This document shows positions 30,501 to 44,330 of a stretch of DNA of 64,000 bases, in pieces (position 1 is the first letter of the stretch; the number at the start of each line of letters is the position of its first letter). The position numbers were made by a program, and so were the translations under genes. The stretch is from assembly GCA_013239625.1 (NCBI GenBank), contig MU054204.1, positions 805,537 through 869,536 on the forward strand. The letters are read 5' to 3'. Source of the stretch: Lama guanicoe (lineage: Eukaryota). A model generated the notes under the pieces. The model was not told the origin of the DNA and made no database searches. It saw only the letters and a program-made list of their open reading frames with translations.

Positions 30501-31230
30501 AGCCTACTGTAGTGACAGAAAGTAAATGAGTGATAAGAAACCAAGGTGATAAGCATATGGCAAAGGGAAACAGGGCTAATTGAAAGAGCTCTAAATGGCT
30601 AAAGCTGAAAAAAAAATTGAACAAAATAAATAAAGCAGTAATGGATTATAACCCAAGGTATTAGACAAATGAGTGCTGACTGATATAAACAGATGATTGA
30701 ATAAATAAATGGGGAAGAATAGAGAATAGAGAAATCTATGCAGAATTCCAAATAGTTTCTGTAGACACTTCAACCTCAAGGACATAGAGCATAACTTCCT
30801 CATTCTTAAGGGTGGGCTATGCACTGACTTCCTTCCAAAGAGCATATTATGGAAAGGATGAAGAAAGAGCCACTTCACAGTGGAGAAAACTGACACATAC
30901 TACCTCAGCCAGGTGATCAAGGTTAACTAACACCAGCAGCAATGAGTAATATTGACCATATATGCCTTGGATATGATGTGGTAAGAATGACACTTTACCT
31001 CTCCTCTTCCTCCCCCAAACCCCAGGCTAATTACGAGAACACCACGAAACCAATCCCAACTGAGGGACATTCTACAAATATCTGGCTAGTGATCCTTAAG
31101 ACTGTCAAGGTCTTCGGGTACAAAGAAAGTCTAAGAAACCATCACAGCCAAGAGGAGCCTGAGAAGACCTGATGACAAAATGCAGTGTGGTAGCGGGATG
31201 AGACATTAGGTAAAAACTAAGCATACCAGA
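27580..31230 (+). mobile_element. Fragmented old L1 (5' piece, deleted ORF2, L1MC-like 3' region) interrupted by an LTR
   Basis: ORF2-like blocks at 28295-28530 and 28540-29330. The segment at 28251 resembles the L1 5' region at about 50300. Boundaries are approximate. Confidence 0.65.
29794..30322 (+). mobile_element. Solo ERV LTR
   Basis: TG...CA termini, a TATA-like cccataaaa at about 30073, AATAAA at 30182 and TA-rich short flanking repeats. It splits the L1 3' sequence. Confidence 0.75.
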
Positions 31231-34200
31231 GTGGGAAGGAGGGTATAGCTCAGTGGTAGAGTATGTACCTAGCAAGCATGAGGTCCTGGGTTCAATCCCC
31301 AGTATCTCCATATGCATGATTGGGTCATTATGCCGTACACCAGAAATTGACACATTGTACCTGACTATACTTCAATAAATAAATAAGTACCTAATTCCCT
31401 CCCCCCAAAATAAAATAAATAAAAATTATAAATGTGACAATATTTTTTAAAAAGCTAAGTATACCTGAATAATGCATATACTTTAAGACAAAAATACAAA
31501 TTTATAAGTGGGTGAGAGATTAGAGGACATACATTCTAAAATGTGACCAGGTATTTTCCCATTAGGGAAACATAAAGGAACCCTTTAAAGCCTGTGGACC
31601 ATCATCAGAGGCCTCATTTTAAGGGTTCAACATATAAAACTGGTGTGGTCTGAGGCCAGGCAGGGCTTTTGCAATGGGCCCCCCCTTTTTTTTCAAGCTC
31701 AAAAAGCAGCAGTAACAATTGCCATTCTCCCAGGCTAAGTGGTTAGAGAGGTTGAATCCCTCTCCTTCTCCTCCCAGTACCACCCACACAATTGCTCGAG
31801 TCAGACAGCTTGGGAGAGCCGAACCTGGATGAAGGTGATGGCTTTCTCCATGAGCTGGAGCCTAAGATGTCTTCTGTTTCTTTCTGAAGGAATACTATGA
31901 TCTTTCCTTCCAGTGGGGCAGAACAAAGAGAACTGTTTCACGACTTATGGGATGGATTTCACACCCCATCATTTTTCAAAGATTTTTTTTTCCTTCCCTG
32001 GGACCTTGGGAGGTTATGTTGAGGCTCGCCCGGATGGTCTGGGCACGGTCTCACATGCAAGGCAGGAGTGGCCTGCTCCTCCTCCACCTGGGCTTAGGAG
32101 TCATCTGTGCCTCTTCTCCATGTTTAATGAGTCCTATTGGTCCCCCCTCTGAAATTTCTCCAGCACTTCCCTCCTCTCTACTCCTGCTGTCTTAATTGAG
32201 GCCTTTGATCTTTGGCCTAGAGTTTTGAAAAATAACACTTTGACTGGTCTTCCAGCTTCCCACATACTCTTCCCCGGAATCCATCCTCCACACACAGCCA
32301 TAAATTCTCTGAAACGCAAATCTGAGCCTATCATTCCTCTGCTTTTAAATCATTTGATTACTCTTGGGTTACAAGATAAGGTCCAAAAGCCAGATAATCG
32401 GGACCTCACCTAGATTTCTAACTAGATTCCCCACCTTATCTCCTGCTTGTCCTCCCTCCTGCTCCAACTGTCCCTACCCTTGGAGCCTCAAGGCCTCAGA
32501 TAGACAGATTCTATTTCTGGAGTACAAAAGGCTCTCTTCTTTTTTTTAAAAGCTTTTTTAAAAATGTATTTTTAAATCTTATTTCATTTATTTTTAAATT
32601 TTTAGGAGGGGAGGTAATTAGGTTTATTTAAATTGTTTTTTTTTTAAGTGGAGGTACTGAGGATTGAACCCAAGACCTCAGGCATGCAAAGCACACACTC
32701 TACCACTGAGCTATGCCCTCCCCCCAACTTCATAGATTTCAGACATGGGGTTCTACAATGTATAAGCTACAGAGAGATAGTCATTTTTAGTCAGTGTTTT
32801 TTCTAAAATCATTCTTCTTTTTCTATTTCTTTTCTTTTTTAGGGGGTGATGAGGTTAGTTTATTTGTTTATTTATTTATTTTTAATGGCAGTACTGGGGA
32901 TTGAACCCAGGACATCCTGCATGCTAAGCATGTGCTCTACCACTGAGCTATACCCTCCCCCTCAAAAGGCTCTCTCCTGCTGCTTGGTGCCTCTACATGC
33001 AGTGCCCTCTCTGCCAGGAAGGTCTCCTCATGCTGCAGAGCCTGGCATGCCATGAAGAAAGACAAGGAAGTGAGGGGAAGGAGGGAATTGAAGAATATTA
33101 CTAAAACAGCACTCTGCTGGGCTCTGATCTGGGTGTTCCCCGAAATCCCAAATGAATGAAAGGATCGCTGACCATGAGTTCCAGGCTGCAGAGGCAGGCA
33201 AGTGAGAACAGATAGACTTGGAGGGGAGCTCTGAATTTTCTCCTGCTACTCAAAACCCTTTCTCTACTTTCCTCTCCCTGCCCTTTCTTTCAGATCTTCG
33301 TGTTTACATTTCTTCTAATTTACAGACTACTACAACACTACCTCAGATGCATTTCACTGTGCCACGCATAATTTATTTATTCATTCCTCATAAATCAATT
33401 CCTCCAGCCATCTGGAAAACCAGAAACACTTCGACAGCCTTTCAAGCTCCTTTTAACTAATCTTTTTAGGACGTGCCATTGTGTTTGGCACAAAGCATAG
33501 TATTTTATGCAGTTTCACCACTGACTATCAAGGACTTTATGACCTTTTTTTCTGTTGCTGTTGTTGTGTTCATCAGGAAATCCCACATGAAAACATTAAA
33601 TAAAGTAAGAACAATTAAAAAGCAAAGCAAGGGGGAGCATAATAGCTCAGTGGTAGAGCGTGAACTCAGGACTTTTTGCTTTGCATGCAAAAAGTCCTGA
33701 GTTCAATCCCCAGTACCTTTATTAAAGAAAATAATAAAATAAGTTTTTTTTAAAAAGCAAGGCAAGAAAATTCTATCACTACAGAGTGTTTTAAGTGGGC
33801 TGATTTTTGTGTGTGGCTCGTGGGAAACAGCCTCCTTATTATATGGTCAGACCTTGGAAACCAAAGGTAGTAATTCTCCCGTAAAGGCTAGTGAAAAGCG
33901 GTCAAGGACAACTCCCGCAAAAACACATTCCACAATCATAAGCAATAGCAAAATCCTGTCTGCCTCAGTCCTCTAGTTTATTAAATGGGAATAACAGATA
34001 CTCACCCCAATCACCTACTGAGAGCAGTGTGAATACACAAAAAGTACTCTGGTTATAGACGTTCTATGAAATCATTTTCTAGCACAAGCAATACTGATAA
34101 CTAAGCTAAACGACTCTGGTTTAGCCAGAAGGGTTAAGCAGGGGTGGCCAGTTTAAGTTTATAAATACCCTAACTGACTACTTCACTAGAGCCAGTAATT

Positions 34201-37200
34201 AGAACCACTGACTCACTATGGTTGTAACTATACATAAGTGGAAGTGATACACACGTGTCCCTTTTATATTTGTAGGCAAATAGGAAAAACCACCAAATAC
34301 CAAACCATGAGTGCCTTTTTTTATGAACTTTAAATTCAGGAGTTCTCTTCTACTGTCACTGCCCTGAGGTACCTTTACCAGGCAAATTTCTTGTCATTCT
34401 TTTGAATGTGTGGTTTTTGTCTAGGTATGTTCATCCCAAGTTGGTCACCTCCTCAGAGAGGCCTTCCCTGACTTTTCTAACTAGAGGGTTATTCCCCAGT
34501 CATCATCTGTCATCAGTCAGTTTATTTCCATCCTAGTACTTACCACAATGGGTAATTAACTAGGGAGTCTGTTTGTTTACTCATTTACCCAACTAGATCT
34601 AAATTCCAGATCAACTTGGATCTTATCTATGTTCATCCTGCCCTTACTTCCCCAGTGCCTATAACAGTGCCTGGTTTGCAGCTGGTGCTCAAAAAGCACT
34701 TGCTGAATGAAGGAATGTGTCCTCGTAATGACAATAAGGTTAACCCAAACTTCTTAGCATGACATTCAAGGCCCCAATTTACTTACTTGGGTTTACAGTC
34801 TGCCTTTTTATTCCTCTGTATTATTAAGCCTGTTGAAACTCTGCAAAAGCTTGCTTTTTTTTTTTTGGTTTATGTGTTCATTTATTTATCTATTTACTTT
34901 TTAATGGAGGTACTGGGGATTGAACCCAGGACCTCATGTATGCTATACCCTCCCACCCTGTAAAAGCTTGCTTTCTGCCTTGAGTGCTCTTTTTCCTACC
35001 AAATAACTTCTTTTTCAAGGCCCTTCTCAAACAAACCTTTTCTGTGAAATTTTTTCCAATCCTCCAGTGACACACACACACACACACACACAAATAATGA
35101 ATCCTCTAAGTTCTTATAAGAGCTATAGCACTTAAAATATAGGGTTATAATAGAAATAAACTAATAATAAGAAAAAGAATTGGGGGGAGGTTATAGCTCA
35201 GTGGTTGAGCAAGTGCTTAGCATGCATGAGGTCCTGGGTTCAATCCCCAGTACCTCTATTTAAAAACAAAGAAAAAAAGAAGAAGAGTGATAGCTAACAT
35301 TTTATTGAGCATTAACTCAATGCCAGGTACATAAACATTTTATATGTTATCATCTCATTTAATCCGGAAAATGACTCTAAGGTAAATACTATCATAAGTA
35401 CTCACATGTCTGTTTGGCTAGTTAGAATCAACTTCATGAAGGCAGGGATAGTGCTTTCAAGTTTTGCTAATTCCAAGAACCTAGCAAAGTATCTGCCATG
35501 TCATATACCCTTAATACAAGTTTGCTAAATAGTGAATTCTGACAGTAGTTTCTTGTTCCCTGACTTTACTTTGAGAATGGCAATTCCAATTAATTAAGGA
35601 AACAGATGATAGTTTTAAGTAATTATACGAATTTAATCTTAAAGTGATACAGTCCTTTCTAATGACAATAAGAAACTCAGAAGTCACAAAAGGGTGATAT
35701 ACCTAGCTATTTCAAAATTTTAAATATTTGTAGATAGAAAAACAGTTAAAAAAGGCAAATCTGAAATGGAAATATATTCAACCTACATTATACAAAAGAT
35801 TAATAATAATATATAAAGGGCTTCTATAAAAAATCAGAAAAGATAATCATCCCATTAGAAAAACAGGAACATCATATGAGTAGGAAACTTCCAGGAAAAG
35901 AAATTTAAATGTTAATAAACATATGAAAATATGCTCAACCTCATTAATTTTAAAAAGTAAAAATTAAAACAGTAATAGGAATATATTTCTTTATTTTACT
36001 TATCATATTGTAAAGATTAAAAAAGAATTGTAATATTCACCCCTAGCAAGGCTATGGGGAAATAAGCACACTTATACTGTCGTGCTATAGAAATGTTCTC
36101 ATACACTTAAAGATACACACACACACACACACACACAAGGTTGTCCATTGCAGCACTATTTGTAATAGCAAAAGACTGGAATCAATTGATACGTGCAACA
36201 ATAGAAGCTTGGTTAAATCAACTATGGTATAGTTACACCATGAAACTGCATGCAGCCACTGAGAAGAATGACGTTATTGGATAACCAAATAATAGATAAG
36301 GGGAATTCTCGTTTTATAAACATATTCCAGATAACAAAAACCAATTACAACAAGGGGAAGGAATTTGAACAGACACTTCATCAAAGAAGATATACAATTG
36401 ACAAATAAGCCCATGAAATGATGTTCAACATCCTAAGCCATTAGGGAAATTAAATTAAAACCATGATGAGATAGCACTACATACCTATTAGAATAGCTAC
36501 AATAAAAATTACTGAAAATACCAAGAGCTGTTGAGGATGCGGAACAAGTGGAACCACCGTACATAGCTAGTTCAGATGCAAAATGGTACAGCCGTGGGGT
36601 GAGGGTATATAGCTCAGTGCTAGACCATGTGCTTAGCATGCACAAGGTCCTGGGTTCAACCCCCAGTACCTTCATTAAAATAAATAATAAATAGACCTAA
36701 TTATCTCCCCCCACCAAAACAAAAAAAAAATGGTACAGCCACTCTGAAACATGGTTTGGCAGTTTCTTATAAAGCTCAGCATACGTTTATCACACAACCC
36801 AGCAATCCCACTCTGGGGTATACCACTCAGCAGAAGGGAATGGAACAACCTGGAACACTCTCCAGAGCATTAAGCTGAGTGAATGAAGTCAGTCTCAAAG
36901 GTTGACTGACTCTGTGACTCCATGTATAAGACAGTCTCAAAAAGGAAAAACTATGGGACAGAGAACAGATCAGTGGTTACCAGGGCTTGGGGGTAAGGGG
37001 AAGTCTGACTGCAAAGGGATAATAAAAAGGAATTCTTTGGGGGTGTTGAATTGTGTGTCCTGTCAGTGGGGGTGGTTACAAGTATCTACACATGTGTTAA
37101 AATTCAAAGGACTGTGTGTTCTTTTTTTTTTTAGATTCCACATATGAGCGATCTCATATGTGAAAAAATGTGACAATGCATATATGTATGTTCATGTATA

Positions 37201-37373
37201 ACTGAAAAATTGTGCTCTACACTGGAATTTGACACAACATTGTAAAATGACTATAACTCAATAAAAAAATGTTTAAAAAAAAAGGACCATGTGCTAGGAG
37301 AGAAATGAATGTTGTGGTATGTATACTGAAAATAATCTTTAAAAAGTTAAATTGTCATCAGAAGTAACGATAC

Positions 37374-37520
37374 CTTCTATGTCTCCATCTAAGGGAGGAA
37401 CATCATCTCTCATGGAGAAATCCATGGCTGTCTCCGGTATGTCCATCAAGTCTTCATCACTGGAACTGCTCTGGAAGCTATTGAAACTCCCCTGCTGAAA
37501 GCCTCTGTTATCCATGGCTC
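37374..37520 (-). CDS. CLCN5: CLCN5 coding exon specific to the long, N-terminally extended isoform (147 nt)
   Basis: The minus strand translates (G)[48 protein letters not shown], matching the recalled ClC-5 long N-terminus. AG acceptor at 37522-37521, GT donor at 37373-37372, phase 1-1. Not in the ORF track. Confidence 0.95.
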
Positions 37521-40500
37521 CTGTGCAGAAAGAAAAATAGAAGGCTTATTACAATGACCTCCGTACTCACCCATTCCTTTTTTTTTATTGTGGTCAATAC
37601 ACATAACATAAAATTTACCGTTTTTTATTTTTTTATTGAGTTATAGTCATTTTACAATGTTGTGTCAACTTCCAGCATAGAATACAATTTTTCAGTTACA
37701 CATGAACATACATATAGTCATTGTCACATTTTAAAATTTACCATTTGAACCATTTTGAAATTAGAAATTCTGCAGCATTTAGCACATGTACAATGTTGTG
37801 CAATCATCATCCCTATCCATTTCCAGAATGTTTTCATCTCAAACAGAAATGCTATATCCAATAAACATAACTCCCGATCCCCCTACCACCCCAGCCCCTT
37901 ACAATCTCTGCTCTCTTTCTGTGCCTGTGATTTGCTGATTCTGGATGTTTCCTATAAGTGTAATTGTCTAATATGTGGCCCTCTGTGTCTGGTTTCTTTC
38001 ATTTCTCATAATTTTTTCAAGGCTCCACCATGCTATAGCATGTTATCAGTAGTACCTTCCTTTTTAGGACGGAATAATTCCTATTGTAGAGATATACCAC
38101 ATCTTATCCATTTATGAGTTGATGGACATTTGGATAGCTTTCACCATTTTTTAGGGGGCAGGTAATTATGTTTTTATTTATTTATCTTTAATGGCAGAAC
38201 TGGGGATTGAACCCAGGACCTTGTGCATGCAAGGCACGCACTCTACCATTGAGCTATACCCTCCTCCAGCTTTCACCTTTTGAGTGACCACTTATTTGTA
38301 TGTCTCCTTTCCTGCTCTTATTTGGACAATATAGATATGCAAACTACTTAGCATATTCAGTTGCTCTCCAGATATAATGTACCACTACCCTTACCATGTA
38401 GTTGATAGCAGTTTTTTGAGAAGCCAGGCAAATGAGCAAACCAAATGAGGACACACATACAAAACCCATGGGAGTTCACAAGTAATCGACTCAAATAAAA
38501 GCTAGACATCAATATCAAAAAATGTGCTAGCCATCTAGGAGCGGAGAAACTCTATTTTATGCCTCTTACTCTTTAATAGCTCCTAACGATATAGATGCAC
38601 AGCAAGATTGGGAAAAACAGATTTACTGTGCTGTTCAATGTTGTTTTCTGCTCAATGATTTAATATCCAAGATGAAACATCCCATTTGGGAACCTTCAGG
38701 TTATAAAATTTTACTCAAAAAATCTTATACTGATTTTTTAAAAACCAGCATTACAGCCAACTTTGCCTTATCTAGCCCTGCCCTACCCCTCAAATTTTTT
38801 TTGATGAAATCTTGCTTGAGTATCATAGTCAGCAAAGTTCTTCAGGATTAAGCAAATCATACTCCTTTTGAGGTGTTACAACTCTTCTAAGAAAATTCTT
38901 ACTCTGGGTTATCAGAATTATGCATGAGAATATGGCAAAGACCATGTAGGTTACATTAAGCTTTAGGCCTAAAAAATTGGAATCCCAACAGGTAAATTAA
39001 ATATTTTAAACATTGAGCATAAAAGAGGAAGAATCAGCATTTACCAGGACTTTGATTAATTTTCAGGCACTGGGCTATGTGCTTAAAGTGAATTCTTTTT
39101 CACTTAATTTTTCCAGCATTCCTGTGCTGTGGCATTATCACTCCTGGTGCAGATGAGGAAACTGAAGGTCAAAGAGGCTAAGTAACTTGCCCAGTTTGTG
39201 TTTGAAAAAAAGATTAAGCTCCAAACGACACGTTCAATTTCACAACCCCTCACTTGTGATAAAGAGGTCAGCCTGACCAAGGAGGTCAGCATGAGTGACA
39301 TTTATGAATCACCTACTCTGCAAGAATCATTGTGGGATAGTAGGACGGACACAAAAATGATGCTGGGTAGGCCAGATGAGATGAAGATTGGGAGGCAAAG
39401 CTTTGGGAGTTGTCAACATCAAGGTGATGGCTGAAACCAAGAGAATGGCCATTCCAAGGGAAATCTGCCATTGACTTCTGGATAAGGATGACTATCAATA
39501 AAAGAAATGCATTCCACAACCTTCTTTAGTATACACCAAGAGCTTGAACTCAGTACAGACATGAACTGAAACCATACATTCCCCAGGAACATGACCATGC
39601 TTCCATGGTGACATGTAGTCAAGTAGAGAAGGTAGGATCATTGACCCAGAGGTACTAATAACGTAGACCAGGATGGATCAGAAAACCATTTCCTCAGCTA
39701 CAAAAACTCTAACCTTGCTTTGTGGACCAAATATTTCCTAGGATACTAAGAACCCATGTTTTGTGGCCTCAGCCGAGCTCCTTTGCTGCTAGCCAGTCCT
39801 CCATCCTCACTAGGCTTTTGCCCCTGCTCTATCCTGCTTCCTTCACTCCCCTTCTCTTCTCTGAGCACACCTACAAAAATGTACTTACACCAATTCCCTG
39901 CCTCCGCTGCTGCTTCTAAGTCTAACCTGACTACCACAGGGTCCTAAGCCGTTTTTTCCTATTGCTAACAACGCAGAGGCAATTTGGAATCTCTGGGTCT
40001 TCCCTCCTGTCATTCAGGAAGAAGTGTCTTTACTCTTTTATTTTTCATTGAAGTATAGTTGATTTACAATGTTGTGTTAGTTTCTGGTGTACAGCATAGT
40101 GATTCAGATGTGTATATACACATCTGAATATATATATATATATACACACACATACATATTTGTATATATCTGTAACATTACAAGGTATTGAATATAGTTC
40201 CCTATGCTATACAGTAGAACTTTGTTATGTTTTGTTTTATTTTGTTTTGTTTTTACTTAAGTATAATCAGTTTACAATGTGTCAATCTCTGGTGTAAAAC
40301 ATAATGTTTCAGTCATACATATACATACATATATTTATTTTCACATTCTTCTTCATTATGGGTTACTATAAGATATTGAATATAGTTCCCTGTGCTATAC
40401 AGAAGAAACTTGTTGTTTATCTATTTTGTATATACTAGTTAATATTTGCAAATCTCAAATTCCCAATCTATCCCTTCCCACCCCCTTTCCCCCTGGTAAC

Positions 40501-42344
40501 TATAAGATTGTGTACTATGTGAATCTGTTTCTGTTCTGTAGATAAAGAACCTTGTTTTTATCTATTTTATATATAGTAGTTAGTATCTACAAATTCAGAA
40601 CTCCCAATTTATCCCTCCCACCCTCTTTTTCCCCTGGTAACCATAAGTTTGTTTTCTATGTCTGTGAGTCTGCCTCTGTTTTGTTGTTTTGTAAATAAGT
40701 TCATTTGTATCCTTCTTTTTTTTTAGAATCCACATGTAAGTGATATCATATGGTATTTTTCTTTCTCTTTCTGGCTTACTTCACTTAGTATGACAATCTC
40801 CAGGTCCATCCATGTTGCTGCAAATGGCATTATTTACTCTTTTTAATGGCTGAGTAGTATTCCATTACACACACACACACACACACACTACAACTTCTTT
40901 GTCCAGTCATCTGTTGATGGACATTCCATGTCTTGGCTATTGCAAATAGTGCTGCTATGAACATTGGGGTGCATGTTATCTTTTCGAATTAGAGTTTCCT
41001 TCAGATATATGCCCAGGAGTGGGATTGCTGAGTCATACGGTAACTCTATTTTCAGTTTTTAAAGGAATCTCTGTACTGTTTTCCATAAAAAATAGTCTAC
41101 TTTGCTCTGAATCTGACTGAGATAACAGATCCTTCCCTGCCTTACTCTGAATTATTTTATCTTAGCCTTTAAGGAAACCTACTACCTCTAGCTCTCACCT
41201 CTGCCTCAAGCTCCAGTACCAAATTCCCAAGAACTCCATCTGACACTTGTGTTGCTGCATCAAACTTCACAGGATGAAAATGAAAAACAAGTAGAAATGA
41301 CATTAGCCTAAAGACAAATAATAAAATCGAAACCAGGCGTGTTCCCTGCCCTTATCTCCCACATCAACTTTCCCTTTTAAATGCAGGTGGCATCAGAGTC
41401 AATATTTGCAGTTGATATTTGTCTAACTATGGGATTTACTACATTCACCAAATCTATAAAAGCAGTCAACCTCAAAAGGAGGCATTCCAGGTTTCTAGAA
41501 ATCTTAACATAAAACAAGCACCATTTTAGCTGATGAGAAGAACTGAGGCTAACAGCATAGTACAACTCGAGAGACTTTCTGTCTGTTTAAATTCATCAAA
41601 CGCCCCTGAATTCCGGTGACTAGCACCAAAAGTTGGCAAGAATAAATTTTTAAACGATGCAGAATCCTCTCCCTCTCTTGGTTCCGTGTTTCATTCAGGA
41701 AATGATTTAAAATACTCAGTTCCAGCAACTCAACGTTAGCCACACAAATCATAGGAAGAAAAAGTACAGGGAGTCCAAAAATAATTTACATTTGGCTTTG
41801 GAATATGTCCTGTAGTCATATTTTCAGAGGGTGTACCTATTGTTCTGGGACTTCATTAAAACAAAATAATGACGCTACAAGATGAAGACTCAACAAAGGA
41901 GAAGTTGGAAAACTTTTCCGTTTCCCCAAAGGGACCTTACAAACTCCTTCCTGTAACCCACTGACACAGAACACTAACACAGAACACTCCAGCTAAATTG
42001 AGCTGCCTCATTTCAAACATTTCCTGGAGCAGCTATCTGGTTCAGTGTTTGGGTTGTAAAGTGCTTCCTTAATAAGTACATAGAAATAAAGGGTCAACAA
42101 AAGAAAATTAGAAGAAGCCAGTGAAGCAAGCAAAACAGATGCAACAAATCGGAGTCAAACAAAGAAAATAAACATCAGTAAATCAAAGTGGTATTTGTCC
42201 ATGGATAATGCATTCTGGTACTGTCTCTGGTTTTATTTTGCAGATATAACAAAAAAAAAGTTCAAGAGAAAAAGTTAAAGCGGCAGAATGAGGAAATGAT
42301 CTAAAGTTCCTCAAAGTTGAGATCTGATCCCTCATTTAGTTGAA

Positions 42345-42802
42345 CTCCAAGCAGGAGCAGGCCTCTGTGGGGCCTTCCTGGGAAAGACCCCTCCCCCACA
42401 TCCTCTGCTGCAGCTCCTCTCTCTGACATACCCAGATAATAGTATCTCCTGTATATTTCCTGAGTTTTTCAGATGCTAAAAACCACCACCAAAGGGAAGA
42501 AATTAACTACTTGATGATTGAGAGCACGTGCTCCCCAGACCTTCTGGCGCCTAAGGATTGATCACCATCAATCCATCAGAGAATTGTGCATGAGCTGATC
42601 ACGTATCCTGTGACCCCCGCCTCACTTACTTGGCCTTTAAATATGCTTTGCTGAAACTCTTCAAGGATTTTGGGGTTTTCTTGGGCATAAGCCACCTCGT
42701 CTTCCTTGCTTGGCCCTGCAATAAACCTTTCTCTGCTCTAAACTCTGACGTTTCAGTTTGGCCTCAGGGAATGCCAGGCACATGAACTTTCATTTGGTAA
42801 CA
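42345..42802 (+). mobile_element. Solo ERV1-like LTR (5' end uncertain)
   Basis: cctttaaata TATA-like box at about 42634, AATAAA at 42720, and a terminal ...ggtaaca. Confidence 0.65.
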
Positions 42803-44330
42803 CTCTTTCCATAATACTTTGGAGCTTCACTGTAACACGTCAGTCCAGAGAGGGGCACATCTGGAATAAATCCAGCCTCTAGATTGTCACAAGCCTGAGG
42901 TCAGCCAGAATTTAGGGTAAGGCCAGGAACAAAGTAAAGGGATTTGATTTCATATAGCAACTAGTAGATTAGTATAGGGCTTGTCATATAAGGGAGGGTT
43001 AGGGAGAAGGGCAATAGGGGAAAAGGCTGTTTGGTTGATATTTGTGTTACGTAGCTGACACTTTCAGTGTCTTTTGTCACCTTCTTGCTTACAATCATAT
43101 GCTGGTTCCCCATTGTCTTTTGGGTCAAGTTTACATTTCTTTGCATGGCACTTGGAGCCCTATCAACTCTAGATCCCATCTACCCAAAGAGACATATCTC
43201 CTGCCACAGATTTGTTAGACTCCACCTTGGCCATGTACTTTAATGCCTCTGTGCCTTTGCTCAGGTCAGATATTCTATCTGGAATCCCATCCAGTCCTGC
43301 CTCCTCTTTCCAGCCTGGTGAAATCCCTAGGACCAGCTCATACAGGCTTCTCCCTCAGCACCCGCTTTGTTCAGACATCTATGTTGATTGCACAATCTCT
43401 TCCACTTGAGTCTTGTGACTACACCATGTCCTTCTCATTTCTGTTGTCTCAACAACTCTGGTGTTGTTCCAGGGAAAGTATTCAATAAATGCTTACTGAG
43501 GAAAATTCCAGTTTGGAGAGAGGGGGAAGGTTAATAGCCAATCAACATATGTATATAGTCGACACTCAATAAATCTATGCCTTGCCCTCTGAGGGCAGAG
43601 GATTAAGGACACAAAAAGCATTTGTTACCCTGTCGTTACTCTCAAGAAATTTATGATCTAGTTGGGGAGGAAACTTTCACATAATGCAATCACACAATAG
43701 CTAAGTGTTAAATGGTTAGAATCAAAGTGAAATTGGCATTCTAAAAATGGAGGGGAGATTGTAAGTGAGACACCCTCCAAGGCCTCCTGGAGGAAAGAGG
43801 GTGTTCCAGGACAAGGAAACAAAATGCCCAAAGGCTTGAGATTAGAATGGGGCTGGCATTTGTGCTTGACTAGAGGACAGGGCAGCTGTAGGGGAGAGTT
43901 AATATTTTACTGTCACTTATCAGATGCTAGTCAGGTATACAGTTTTCATACTTGATCTCTCCTTTTGGTAAAAACAACAACAAAAAACCGTACAAGTTTT
44001 AAACAGCCCATGGCTGGTTTGTGAGCAAATGCATGGAGACAGATCATGAAGTGTCTGGGAAGCCAATGGAGCCACGGAGGTTTTGAGGAGCAACATGATA
44101 AAAACATAATTTTACGAGGTAAGTGTGGCAGCAGTGGACTGGAAGAGAGAAAGGAGAAAAGGGCTGGAAGGGTGTTTGCTACCTGCAGTTTCAATGCAGG
44201 TGATTTGGGATGGAGGAGGAAGGAGAGGGGAGGGGAAGACAAGGGCATATTCCCAACAGTGGTACTGAAAGAGCCACGTAGGGATAGATTGGGATAGTGC
44301 TCATTTGTAGTATGCCATACTAGCATCTTG

